DNA from: an uncultured Chitinophaga sp.
Lineage (GTDB): Bacteria > Bacteroidota > Bacteroidia > NS11-12g > UBA955
Reading direction: 5' to 3'
Assembly (NCBI GenBank): GCA_964438995.1
Contig: CAYTMQ010000011.1
Coordinates: 8,416-72,415, forward strand
DNA: 64,000 nucleotides
Each line of letters begins with the position of its first letter. Position 1 is the first letter of the stretch. The notes beneath the pieces are model-generated. The model was given only the letters and a program-made list of their open reading frames with translations, had not been told where the DNA came from and searched no databases. The position numbers were made by a program, and so were the translations under genes. This document shows positions 21,634 to 30,657 of this stretch, piece after piece.

Positions 21634-22599
21634 ATGAATTATAGTCTATTAATTGAAAATTTAACCAATCCAGCTTTATTATTTTTCGTTTTAGGTATTG
21701 TAGCCGTTTCTTTAAAAAGCGATTTAGAAATACCACCCAACTCATCAAAATTTATTTCTATTTACCTATTGTTTTCTATAGGATTCAAAGGTGGACAAGA
21801 ACTTTCTCATGAGACATTCGATTTGGATATATCGTTGTCTATGTTATTCGGAATCATCATTTCTTTATCTATTCCACTCTACACATTTTTCATACTCAAA
21901 CGTCGATTGAGCATTTATGATGCTGGTGCAATTGCCGCTGCTTATGGCTCTGTCAGTGCTGTTACGTTTGTAACTGCAGTATCGTATTTAGAATCACATC
22001 AAATGCACATGAAAGGTCACATGGTTGCTGTAATGGCCTTAATGGAATCTCCAGCAATCATCATGGGATTGATACTGATTTCAATCTTCGATAAAGACAA
22101 TGCAAAACAGAGCATCAACAAACTAGATGTATTAAAGCATTCATTAACCAACGGAAGTGTGCTGTTAATTCTTGGCAGTTTGATTATTGGCTATTTAGCC
22201 AGTGCCAAACAGGCTGAGGGTATTAAGCCATTTACGACCGATATTTTCAAAGGATTTCTAGCGATTTTCTTATTAGACATGGGCATCAACAGTGGTAAGA
22301 AATTGAAATCATTTTTCTCTTACGGTTGGTTTCCAGTGATGTTTGCAGTCATCATTCCAATTCTCAACGGTTGTTTGTTTGGATATGTTAGCGGATTTTT
22401 TGTTCAAGACATCAGCAGTAGATTTGTATTTGCAATTTTGGCGGCCAGTGCATCATACATTGCCGTACCAGCTGCGATGAAAATAACAGTACCCAAATCA
22501 GATCCTGGATTATACTTACCAATGGCACTGGCTGTAACATTTCCAGTCAATATTACTTTAGGTATGCCTCTGTTTTACAATATTGTTCAATGTCACTAA
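21634..22599 (+). CDS. SbtA/DUF897-family permease (putative Na+-dependent anion transporter)
   Basis: Multi-TM protein. The N-terminal LTNPALLFFVLGIVAVSL..LEIP and DAGAIAAAYGSVSAVTFVTA segments parallel the SbtA bicarbonate-transporter family. No adjacent PII-like sbtB was seen. Confidence 0.6.
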   Translation: MNYSLLIENLTNPALLFFVLGIVAVSLKSDLEIPPNSSKFISIYLLFSIGFKGGQELSHETFDLDISLSMLFGIIISLSIPLYTFFILKRRLSIYDAGAIAAAYGSVSAVTFVTAVSYLESHQMHMKGHMVAVMALMESPAIIMGLILISIFDKDNAKQSINKLDVLKHSLTNGSVLLILGSLIIGYLASAKQAEGIKPFTTDIFKGFLAIFLLDMGINSGKKLKSFFSYGWFPVMFAVIIPILNGCLFGYVSGFFVQDISSRFVFAILAASASYIAVPAAMKITVPKSDPGLYLPMALAVTFPVNITLGMPLFYNIVQCH

Positions 22600-23876
22600 T
22601 TGATTACTACAACTTTTATTGAACGGCCTTTCTTTCCAGAAAACCCATTAAATCCTGAATCACCGCTGTCTCCTGAACTTGCATTAGAACGACTGCTAGA
22701 GTCTCTTGACTTGTTGTATCCTTTGCTACCAGAAGAGCCTGCACTACCTCCTTTTCCGCCTAAACCACCTTCGTTATTGAGATGTATTTTGGATATGTAC
22801 TTTTGAGACATGGCATCGGTATAAATTGTTAAGTGACCGCCATCTCCACCATTGCCACCGTGTCCTCCATTTCCGCCATTGCCACCATGACCAATTTCAT
22901 TTGGTATTGATGAGTCGTAACCAGACCCACCATAACCTCCGCTTCCTCCATTACCGCCCCTTCCTCCTTTCAGTTGAATATCCACTTCAGAGCCAGATTC
23001 AAATTCCAGGAAAAAAGTATCACTTTGATAAAAATCGCTTTTTACAATCAGTCTTGTAATTGTTGAATCCATGTTTGTGAGATACAATTCCATATCTGCC
23101 GCATCTCCACCATAACTACCAGAAGAGCCATTGTCACCATTACCTCCATTTGGGGTTCTTTCACAACCACTAGAGCCACTGCGTCCATCGCGACCATCAA
23201 CGCCATTTGGCCCATTGTCCAACAATTGTATTACTTGATTGTATTTGACGTTAGAAGAGAGTTCAGTTTTAATATCAGATTGATATCTAATAAAGAACTC
23301 CATTTCAAACGATTTTATCACTTTTCGGCTATTAAAGGTCATTATAGCATCTTCAATATTCAATCCTTCTGGCAAGCTATCGAACCCAATTAAATGCAAT
23401 AAATTTGGATACTTTTTGGTTGACACTTTTTGTTGATTGTCAAAAGTGACAATAAAATTCAGTGGATATTTTTCAGAAACCTTAATGGTGCGATATGAAT
23501 CTTCAAGTGCAATATGGATTGGGCGAGGAATATGCAAAAAAAGTGTGTCAACATATTTACCATCATTTTTTTTAGCAATGATATACGGATCAATCTTTTT
23601 ACTGTATAAATCTTCCCTATCATAAGTAAATTTACCTTCAAAATTGACCGCGCAGTTAACACCAATAAATTCGATGTAACTTATCATCAAACCACCACCC
23701 ATATTATCGGATGTTCTTAGTTTCTTTTTCTTTTTAAAGGTAGCGCCAAGTTCGCCTTTGCTGCTATAAAGATAATTAGAGTCAAGCGGAAAAATGGTCA
23801 GTTGAGCTTTGAGAGAAAAGGCTTCAAAAATGAGTGCAAAAAATAGAAAGTACTTGGTTTTAGTCATTCTATTCAA
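22596..23876 (-). CDS. Secreted protein with C-terminal glycine-rich collagen-like (GGX / G-X-Y) low-complexity repeats
   Basis: Signal peptide MNRMTKTKYFLFFALIFEAFSLKAQ, a ~230 aa globular N-domain, then GPNGVDGRDGRSGSSG, GGRGGNGGSGGYGGSG, GHGGNGGNGGHGGNGGDGG and GGLGGKGGSAGSSGSKG blocks. 36 bp downstream of hipA on the same strand. Confidence 0.55.
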   Translation of the reverse strand: MNRMTKTKYFLFFALIFEAFSLKAQLTIFPLDSNYLYSSKGELGATFKKKKKLRTSDNMGGGLMISYIEFIGVNCAVNFEGKFTYDREDLYSKKIDPYIIAKKNDGKYVDTLFLHIPRPIHIALEDSYRTIKVSEKYPLNFIVTFDNQQKVSTKKYPNLLHLIGFDSLPEGLNIEDAIMTFNSRKVIKSFEMEFFIRYQSDIKTELSSNVKYNQVIQLLDNGPNGVDGRDGRSGSSGCERTPNGGNGDNGSSGSYGGDAADMELYLTNMDSTITRLIVKSDFYQSDTFFLEFESGSEVDIQLKGGRGGNGGSGGYGGSGYDSSIPNEIGHGGNGGNGGHGGNGGDGGHLTIYTDAMSQKYISKIHLNNEGGLGGKGGSAGSSGSKGYNKSRDSSSRSNASSGDSGDSGFNGFSGKKGRSIKVVVIN

Positions 23877-23912
23877 ACATCAAAAAAAATGCCAGTTTAA
23901 ATTCTTTATGCA

Positions 23913-25223
23913 TCACAACTTCAACAAAGTTGATTCAATTTCCTTTCTCAAACTAGACTTAACTTTGACCTCGTTTGCAAAGTGCGACCAATGGTTGATT
24001 GCGTACTGAATATCATCAATAATCTTATCAGCTTGTTTACAACGAATGGTTTCTCCTAGCACCAACAAATCTTCTTTTGAAATTCCAGTTCGTTTGCCAT
24101 TGATGCTTAAGGCATGCTGACTTACCCATTGACTTCCTGGTTTATAAGCATGACAAATATCGTAAGCTGGCGCTAGCGACCATTTGTCGCCTTGTTTTAA
24201 ACGAAATGAAAAATTCTTGGTATGATCATCGCAATTGCGTGCTATCACATTAAATACCATTCTTCTAAACATTTGTTCTGCTGAAGGATAATCAAGTTTC
24301 AATTGTCGCATCAATTGAAAGAGCTGTTCGTAACTAAAACTATTGACTTCGTTGTAATCAAAGTGGTTGAGCGCACAAAATGTTTGTATGTGGTGCTTGG
24401 TGTCGATTCCTTCACGGTCAAATCGCATGGTCATAAAGTGGGCTCTTCCATTCTCTTCTAAAAGACGAGAAGGCATCATCTCTATACCAACGCTTGTAGC
24501 CATTTTATAATAAGCCATTTCTACCCTGCCGTATCCTGAACTTGAGCCCAATTGAACATTGCTAACACCGTCGAGTTTGATGAGCCAATGCTCGAATCCT
24601 TTAGGCGTATTTGTCTGTCCAGAACGCACCTCTCCTGTTTTTTCATTGAACGCAATAACAGCTTTTGGTCGCGCACCTCCAGCAGAAGTTCCAATTTTAA
24701 GAATGTCTTTTACTGCTGTTTCGTCTTCTTTGTTGATTTTAGTTGAGAACTTTTGTTTGTTTGACAGCATTCTACTGGCAATGTCAACCATGTTGTCTAT
24801 CTCTATTCTAAATGTTCTGCTATGATGAGGCATAGAAAAAGGCTCAAACTCTAACGCCCCCATTCCTCTATTTCCTATAAAGCACAACATCTCAACTGGA
24901 TTCATACTATTAGGAGCTCTTCCTAACATTGCCAACCATTGATTGATCAATTGATTGCCATACCTATCTGGCAATACATCGGCTAACAATCCAGGCAATC
25001 CTTTGAATGTATTGAAATCTGAATATGGATTGCCTTTCAACTCCGGGAAACTAAAATATTTCTGAGTGGAGCTTAGTGGCATTTTGATTGGAGACAATTC
25101 AATACCAGATGATTTAAAATTAGCATCGTACTCAAAACCTGCAACGCCTGTTTGAGAATTCCAAGCCACTGCACCAGCTACAGTATTCCATATTTTAACA
25201 AATGCTGTTTCCATTATTACCAA
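23913..25223 (-). CDS. hipA: Type II toxin-antitoxin system HipA-family Ser/Thr kinase toxin
   Basis: HipA N- and C-domains with the catalytic VIARNCDDHTKNFSF (D-x-H-x-K-N) and P-loop-like SAGGARPKA motifs. Overlaps the upstream HTH gene by 7 nt. Confidence 0.85.
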   Translation of the reverse strand: MVIMETAFVKIWNTVAGAVAWNSQTGVAGFEYDANFKSSGIELSPIKMPLSSTQKYFSFPELKGNPYSDFNTFKGLPGLLADVLPDRYGNQLINQWLAMLGRAPNSMNPVEMLCFIGNRGMGALEFEPFSMPHHSRTFRIEIDNMVDIASRMLSNKQKFSTKINKEDETAVKDILKIGTSAGGARPKAVIAFNEKTGEVRSGQTNTPKGFEHWLIKLDGVSNVQLGSSSGYGRVEMAYYKMATSVGIEMMPSRLLEENGRAHFMTMRFDREGIDTKHHIQTFCALNHFDYNEVNSFSYEQLFQLMRQLKLDYPSAEQMFRRMVFNVIARNCDDHTKNFSFRLKQGDKWSLAPAYDICHAYKPGSQWVSQHALSINGKRTGISKEDLLVLGETIRCKQADKIIDDIQYAINHWSHFANEVKVKSSLRKEIESTLLKL

Positions 25224-25582
25224 TCAAAGGTGTCATCCTTTTTAGATCTAGACTTATAAGCCCTTTGCCTTTCTTCTGCTTGCATCTTTGCCAATTGCAT
25301 CGGACTGTAGGTAGGCTCTATGACAAATGATTGAAACACATTCAATCGATCTAAAACCCTAAGCACTTGTATCAAAGTTGCAAGCGTAATTGAATCTCCT
25401 CTTTCAAGAAGACTAAGAGTAGACCTGCTAATTCCGGCGGCTTTTGCTATATCAGATTGAGAGCGGTTTTGTTCAATCCTAGTTTTTTTAATGAAATGAC
25501 CAATAAGCTCTGATATGGCTTTATCCGACAAACTTGCATCAATACTGTATGATTTATCATTCATTATAAGGCAAATATACAT
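25217..25582 (-). CDS. hipB: XRE-family HTH antitoxin (HipB-like)
   Basis: HTH_3 (QNRSQSDIAKAAGISRSTLSLLERGD). Lies immediately upstream of and overlapping hipA. Confidence 0.75.
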   Translation of the reverse strand: MYICLIMNDKSYSIDASLSDKAISELIGHFIKKTRIEQNRSQSDIAKAAGISRSTLSLLERGDSITLATLIQVLRVLDRLNVFQSFVIEPTYSPMQLAKMQAEERQRAYKSRSKKDDTFDW

Positions 25583-25697
25583 CTTTTGTATGAATTATCA
25601 TACTTTTTTTAAAAGATTTTTTAATGAAATACACAAATATTGATTTAAAATGAAAATCGCACTATATTCGTTCAATTAAACATTAAACAATTGGAGG

Positions 25698-26258
25698 ATG
25701 GATCAAATTAATTCATGCGTAACTATCCACATGGTATCAAGTATTGATGGCTACATTGCCAATCAAGATAACACCATAGATTGGTTTGAGGCTAGTTGCG
25801 ATTATCCTCGAGGTATTGAATTTGAAGACCCTGAAACGTTTCTAAAGTCAATTGATTGTTATGTGATGGGCGCCAAAACATACGAATATGCTCTTGAATT
25901 ATCAAAAGACCATGGCTGGGCTTATGGCACAACACCAACTGTGGTTTTAAGCAAAAGAAAATTTGAATCCAGCAGAAGTCATATTCAATTTTATTCAGGC
26001 GAAATCGAAACTCTAGTCAATGATGTGCTAAAACCTCAATATAAAAATATATGGGTTGTTGGTGGATCAACATTAGTTCAATCCATTTTAAATAAACGAC
26101 TTGCTGATAAAATCATCATCAGTATTCTACCAATTGTTTTGGGGAATGGACTGCCATTTTTCAAACCTTTAAATCAAAAACATTCACTTCAACTTAGCGA
26201 CTCAAAGGCATACAAAAACGGGATGGTAGAATTGACATATAACATCATCCATCAATAG
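25698..26258 (+). CDS. Dihydrofolate reductase family protein (RibD C-terminal domain-like)
   Basis: YVMGAKTYEYAL ... IWVVGGSTLVQSIL ... LPIVLGNGLPFF pattern of RibD_C/DHFR-like reductases. 186 aa. Confidence 0.75.
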   Translation: MDQINSCVTIHMVSSIDGYIANQDNTIDWFEASCDYPRGIEFEDPETFLKSIDCYVMGAKTYEYALELSKDHGWAYGTTPTVVLSKRKFESSRSHIQFYSGEIETLVNDVLKPQYKNIWVVGGSTLVQSILNKRLADKIIISILPIVLGNGLPFFKPLNQKHSLQLSDSKAYKNGMVELTYNIIHQ

Positions 26259-26394
26259 ATCACTTTCACTTTTAAAAATACTAATGCCAATTCAAAAGAT
26301 ATTTTCATCGAATTTATACCACTTGGTAAGTCGCGGTATAGATTTTTAAAGTATATTTCAAGTCCATTTAAAACAAAAAATCAAAGAGATACGA

Positions 26395-28719
26395 GTGAAC
26401 TTAAATCGACTATTCTTACTACTGATTGTGCTTCTTACTTATCAAGCTAAAGCCCAAAACCATGTGTTACAATTTCGTATCGTAGACAGTTTAAACTCTC
26501 AAAACATTCACGGCAGTGCCACTCTTCTTATGCCTACCGATTCTAGCTTTATCAGAATTGCTGCGTTCGACAATGGCATGGGAAAATTTGAAGGATTATC
26601 TAAAAACACTTATACATTAAAACTACAACTTATAGGTTATAAAGATTCAATGCTCCTTGTTAAACTGGACAGCAGTATGAATTTGGATATTCCATTATTC
26701 CGCCGAACAACTACGTTTAGTAATGTTAAAATATCAACCTCTAAAAACACATTTACTTTTACTGAAGGCAATATCAAAACCAATATAGAAAATTCTGTTT
26801 TAAACACCTTACCTGATGCAATTGAAGTATTGTCTAAAATCCCAACAGTTCAAGTAAGCAATGATAGAGAATCCATCACGGTAATTGGCAAAGGCAGTCC
26901 GCTACTATATTTAGGCAATCAAAGAATTACCTTGAATGATTTAAGCTTAATTTCTGTAAACGACATCAAATCCATTGAAGTGATATTAAATCCTTCTTCA
27001 AAATACGAATCAGATGGTCGTGCGGTGATATTAATTACACGGAAAATCAGTAAAGGCAACAGTTCGAAATTGGACATCAATGAAACTGCGGCGCAGAAAC
27101 GTTTGTTTGAAAATCGGTTCAGCATCAATGGCAATTTCAAAAGCAATAAGAATGAATGGCGAACCAACTTACAAATCTATCATATCAATAGATGGGAAGG
27201 TTTAGATGGTAAGTTGATATCTGATGCTCGAAACTATAACAGTGGATTTGATGGGACCTCTATTGGCTTGCGCAGACAATTGGTTGGTGGTTTAGGCTAC
27301 TATAGACAAATCAACGACAACGATTACTTCTCCTTCAATGTATCTGGAAGATTACAAGATGAAGTTCCCTACATACAAACCAATAGCTTTGAACAACAAC
27401 ATTTAAATTACACCACTTATCAAACCAAAGCAGACAATTTTCAAGTTCGACCATACATCAATTCAACGCTCAATTACGAGAAAAAACTCAAACACAATGC
27501 GGGCAAAATATTCTTCGGTTCGCAAGCCTCCTATTACGCCAGAGAATTCACCAACGACATTTACAACAACATCCAAAACACAGGCTTTAATTTAAGTGAA
27601 AACAGACACCAAAAATTTGGCATCAATGTGTACAGTGCTAGATTAGATTATGAAACCAATATTAGAAAACATCTAAAACTTGAAGTTGGACTAATGGGCA
27701 ATTACGCCACTTCATTTACAGATTTCAAAATCGATTCTAGCAACATTATAAACAAACTTAACGCCCGTTATCATTACGAAGAATGGAATCAAGCCGCATA
27801 TACCCAAGCTTCAGGAAAGTTTAAAAAAGTCAAATGGTCGGCAGGTGTCAGATTCGAAAACACCGATTTAAATGGAGGAGAAACTTACTCAAACATCGAA
27901 CTTCTCAAAAGACAATTTAGCAATTTGATGCCCAGAGCGAATATCAGCTTTCCAATAGATAGTTTAAAAACTCTGACCATCAATTATGCCAACTATTTGG
28001 TAAGACCAGATTACTCCAATTTGAATCAAACGACCAATTACATCACCCCATTTTTAGATAGAGCGAATAATTTGTTCATCAATCCAAGTAAAATTCAAGA
28101 AGTCGCATTTGTTTACCAATATAAAACTTACAATCTAACTGCAAGTTTCAATTACACAAAAGACCCTGTTTTTTACATCACAGATACATTTCAAAGCAAT
28201 GGCACCATTCGTATCATCAACCGAAATTTATCGCAAACAAGAGGCGCTAACATCGGTATAAACATTCCATTGGATTACAAAAAATACAGCTCGGTAAATA
28301 CCATAAGCACGATATACAATCAGATACAAGATAATAGATACAAAGAATTAAAAACCGCTCCTTACTTGTATGTACAGAGCAACAACCAATTCAAGTTAAA
28401 ACGCAATTGGACAATAGCCATTGTTGCATGGTATACCTCTAAAAAATATGAGGGATTATTTGAGCACAATTCGCAATATGCAGTGGATGTCATTGTGTCA
28501 AAAAAAATCAAAAACAAGCTAAGCATTACATTGAATGCATTGGATATATTTAGGTCATTAAACTACAGAGAGACTTTTAACATCAATGGCATTTATTCTG
28601 ATATCACCTATTTTGAAAATGTGAGAGAATTGTCATTATCACTTAGATACAGCATTGGCAACTTGAGTGCCTTAAAATTTAAGAACAGAGATGTGATAGA
28701 AGGCAGGCGAATCAATTAG
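26395..28719 (+). CDS. Outer-membrane beta-barrel (TonB-dependent receptor-like) protein with carboxypeptidase-regulatory-like N-domain
   Basis: Signal peptide and N-terminal domain resembling the 8407..11244 paralog. Alternating beta-strand pattern with aromatic C-terminal region. Confidence 0.7.
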   Translation: MNLNRLFLLLIVLLTYQAKAQNHVLQFRIVDSLNSQNIHGSATLLMPTDSSFIRIAAFDNGMGKFEGLSKNTYTLKLQLIGYKDSMLLVKLDSSMNLDIPLFRRTTTFSNVKISTSKNTFTFTEGNIKTNIENSVLNTLPDAIEVLSKIPTVQVSNDRESITVIGKGSPLLYLGNQRITLNDLSLISVNDIKSIEVILNPSSKYESDGRAVILITRKISKGNSSKLDINETAAQKRLFENRFSINGNFKSNKNEWRTNLQIYHINRWEGLDGKLISDARNYNSGFDGTSIGLRRQLVGGLGYYRQINDNDYFSFNVSGRLQDEVPYIQTNSFEQQHLNYTTYQTKADNFQVRPYINSTLNYEKKLKHNAGKIFFGSQASYYAREFTNDIYNNIQNTGFNLSENRHQKFGINVYSARLDYETNIRKHLKLEVGLMGNYATSFTDFKIDSSNIINKLNARYHYEEWNQAAYTQASGKFKKVKWSAGVRFENTDLNGGETYSNIELLKRQFSNLMPRANISFPIDSLKTLTINYANYLVRPDYSNLNQTTNYITPFLDRANNLFINPSKIQEVAFVYQYKTYNLTASFNYTKDPVFYITDTFQSNGTIRIINRNLSQTRGANIGINIPLDYKKYSSVNTISTIYNQIQDNRYKELKTAPYLYVQSNNQFKLKRNWTIAIVAWYTSKKYEGLFEHNSQYAVDVIVSKKIKNKLSITLNALDIFRSLNYRETFNINGIYSDITYFENVRELSLSLRYSIGNLSALKFKNRDVIEGRRIN

Positions 28720-28744
28720 AAATTGAGATCATTAAAATTTACTT

Positions 28745-28990
28745 TCTTACTCGAACCTCTGGTCGGTTGCGCTTAAGACAGCGACTAAAGGATTGCAACC
28801 TCCGTTACAGTCAACCGCACTCCGCACCCACTCTCCCTCACTTCTTCCGGCCTCCGAATCGGCATCAGAGTCTCGAGGACTCGACTCGAAACTAGGCAAG
28901 CGTTGTAACCTCCGGTCGGTAGCCTCACGCCTAAGGCGGACTTGCTCCGGCTGCGCCAAAGGGACCTCCGACGTTACACAGACAAATACA
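28745..28990. ncRNA. Candidate structured non-coding RNA or GC-rich structured element of unknown family, built from two tandem ~80 nt units
   Basis: ~57% GC island in a ~33% GC genome, between two convergent CDS ends. Two similar units each contain AACCTCYGGTCGGT ... CTAAGG-type hairpin ... ACCTCCG(AC)GTTACA and can be folded into nested stems. The nominal ORFs here (28747..28959 -, 28793..29020 +) are GC artefacts. I could not match tmRNA, RNase P or SRP motifs. Confidence 0.35.
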
Positions 28991-28995
28991 AATTC

Positions 28996-30039
28996 CTACT
29001 TATACTCTACCCACCAGTAATTGGTGCTCGAACCTATTGTAAACACTTCTCCAATTGAAGGCACAAAGAATGGTATATTGTTCTTTTGTGCATGTTGAAT
29101 GAAATGTTCTACTGGCTCGTACCAAGCATGTTGATACGACAATTTAAATCCACCCCAATGCACTGGCATAGCCACTTTGACATTCGCATCAGATGCCGCT
29201 TGTATACATTCTTCGGGAAACATGTGTATTTGAGGCCAGTCAACACAGTATTGACCGCATTCAACAAATCCAATATCAAATGGGCCTAACCTCTTCCCTA
29301 TTTCTTTAAAATGCTCGGCATATCCACCATCTCCGCTGAACCAAATGTTGTGTTGCTTACTTTTAATCGCCCAACCACCCCACAAACATTTGCCAATAGA
29401 AGAAATACCTCTTCCTGAAAAATGCCTTGTTGGCGTAAAAGTGATGTCCAAATCGTGGATGTTTATACTGTCCCACCAATCAAATTCTTCTATTTGGTTT
29501 GCATCATATCCCCATTGTATCAAATGTCTTTTCACACCCAAGGCAACAAAAGTTTTCTTGATTTTAGAATTCAATTTTAACATACTATCCAAATCCAAGT
29601 GGTCATAATGATCGTGGGTTATCAGCATGATGTCTATTTCTGGTAATGCATCAATAATAGACAAAGTATTCTCAGAGAATCTGCGGGTTTTTGTTGGAGC
29701 AATTGGAGAAGCATCACTCCCATACATTGGGTCGATTAGGATGTTAACTTGATTGATTCTCATCAACAAAACAGAATGTCCATACCAAATACATTTGGGT
29801 TCATTAGATGCCTCTAAAAAAGATGAGTCATCAAACGTTTTAATGGCAATAGGTTTGGATGGTTCACCTTCTTTATGACCTTTAATTTGTTTGCGGATGA
29901 TACCAGGCAACTGCCTCCAGTTAATAGCAGTTTGAGTATCCACTAAATTTTTAAAGCTACCATCCCTCCAATTTGAAGATGTTTCATATTTTTCTTTCCA
30001 GTGCTTTGAGATTTTACCCCCAAATTGTTTTGTTGACAT
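28996..30039 (-). CDS. MBL-fold metallo-hydrolase
   Basis: H-x-H-x-D-H motif (ITHDHYDHLD) plus downstream His/Asp ligands. 347 aa. Confidence 0.85.
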   Translation of the reverse strand: MSTKQFGGKISKHWKEKYETSSNWRDGSFKNLVDTQTAINWRQLPGIIRKQIKGHKEGEPSKPIAIKTFDDSSFLEASNEPKCIWYGHSVLLMRINQVNILIDPMYGSDASPIAPTKTRRFSENTLSIIDALPEIDIMLITHDHYDHLDLDSMLKLNSKIKKTFVALGVKRHLIQWGYDANQIEEFDWWDSINIHDLDITFTPTRHFSGRGISSIGKCLWGGWAIKSKQHNIWFSGDGGYAEHFKEIGKRLGPFDIGFVECGQYCVDWPQIHMFPEECIQAASDANVKVAMPVHWGGFKLSYQHAWYEPVEHFIQHAQKNNIPFFVPSIGEVFTIGSSTNYWWVEYK

Positions 30040-30189
30040 AAACTTGCAACAATTCTAGCATTTTTAAAAGACAATCATGAAAGTAATTCGACAAACAACA
30101 GAGGGCGACGATGTTGGTGAGACTGTATTTTGATAACTAAAAAAAAAGCGTCTACTGTCGTATTGTATTTAAAGGATGTTTCAAGTAAT

Positions 30190-30575
30190 AGGTGGATTTT
30201 TTCTTGAGGAGAGAGAGGGATTATTATATGATCCCATTATGGGTAGGCTACAATTCAAAGGATAATCCAAATTGAAATCAATTTGGATTTTATGACTCTA
30301 ACTTATCACTTGAACCCTTGCGGGATTCAGATGAAAGTTTGAGCCATAAAAAAAGTCCAAGCTTTAGCTTGGACTATCATTTGAATTGCGGAGAGAGAGG
30401 GATTGGCTTCGCCGGTCTCGCCAAAACAGCCAATGTATTTCTTCCAATTAGTTTTTCACAATTGGCTGTTTTGGACTCGGCTCGAACCCCGGGGGTTCTC
30501 ATCCCTTTCTCTCTCCTATGCAAAAAAAAATCCAAGCATTAAGCTTGGATTTTTTCTTGCGGAGAGAGAGGGACA
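30190..30575. repeat. Complex repeat region upstream of the integrase: three degenerate ~175 bp tandem units. Each unit has an A-run/hairpin/T-run (tccaa..ttgga stems) and a GGAGAGAGAGGGA motif. Unit 2 forms a ~130 bp palindrome. Candidate attL with arm-type sites, or a MITE-like insertion.
   Basis: GGAGAGAGAGGGA direct at 30208-30220, 30390-30402, 30561-30573 and inverted at 30502-30516. Hairpins at 30262-30285, 30352-30383, 30530-30550. Perfect 12 bp inverted repeat AAAACAGCCAAT / ATTGGCTGTTTT at 30421-30432 and 30461-30472. The ORFs 30318..30542 and 30403..30600 are spurious. Confidence 0.5.
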
Positions 30576-30657
30576 CTCCGCTATACTCATATTTAATTGA
30601 TTTACAGACATTTATTTTATATAGTGTCATTTCAGTGCCAAATATTATATTTGTCCT

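Noticed and set aside
28745-28990. Tried to assign the GC-rich element to tmRNA, RNase P RNA or SRP RNA
   Set aside because: No tRNA-like acceptor/T-arm plus CCA end, no resume codon or tag ORF ending in ALAA-type peptide. No GGAAAGUCCGG / ACAGAANCCGGCUUA P4 strands and no SRP domain IV GGAAG...AGCAG loop. The size (~250 nt with an internal duplication) does not fit either. Left unclassified.
28747-29020. ORFs 28747..28959 (-) and 28793..29020 (+) predicted in the six-frame track
   Set aside because: They lie wholly within the GC-rich structured element. Their translations are R/S/A/P-rich with no start context, and they overlap each other on opposite strands. Treated as GC artefacts.
30460-30500. 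Possible tRNA 3'-fragment (GGACTCGGCTCGAACC) as a duplicated att core matching the tRNA-CAU T-arm
   Set aside because: Only the generic TCGAACC T-loop complement matches. Flanking bases do not form a T-stem or acceptor, and the stretch sits inside the long palindrome. Too weak to call an att core without a computed alignment.
30318-30600. ORFs 30318..30542 and 30403..30600 upstream of the integrase
   Set aside because: Both run through the hairpin and palindromic repeat units. The translations are low complexity and the region is better explained as non-coding att/MITE-like DNA.
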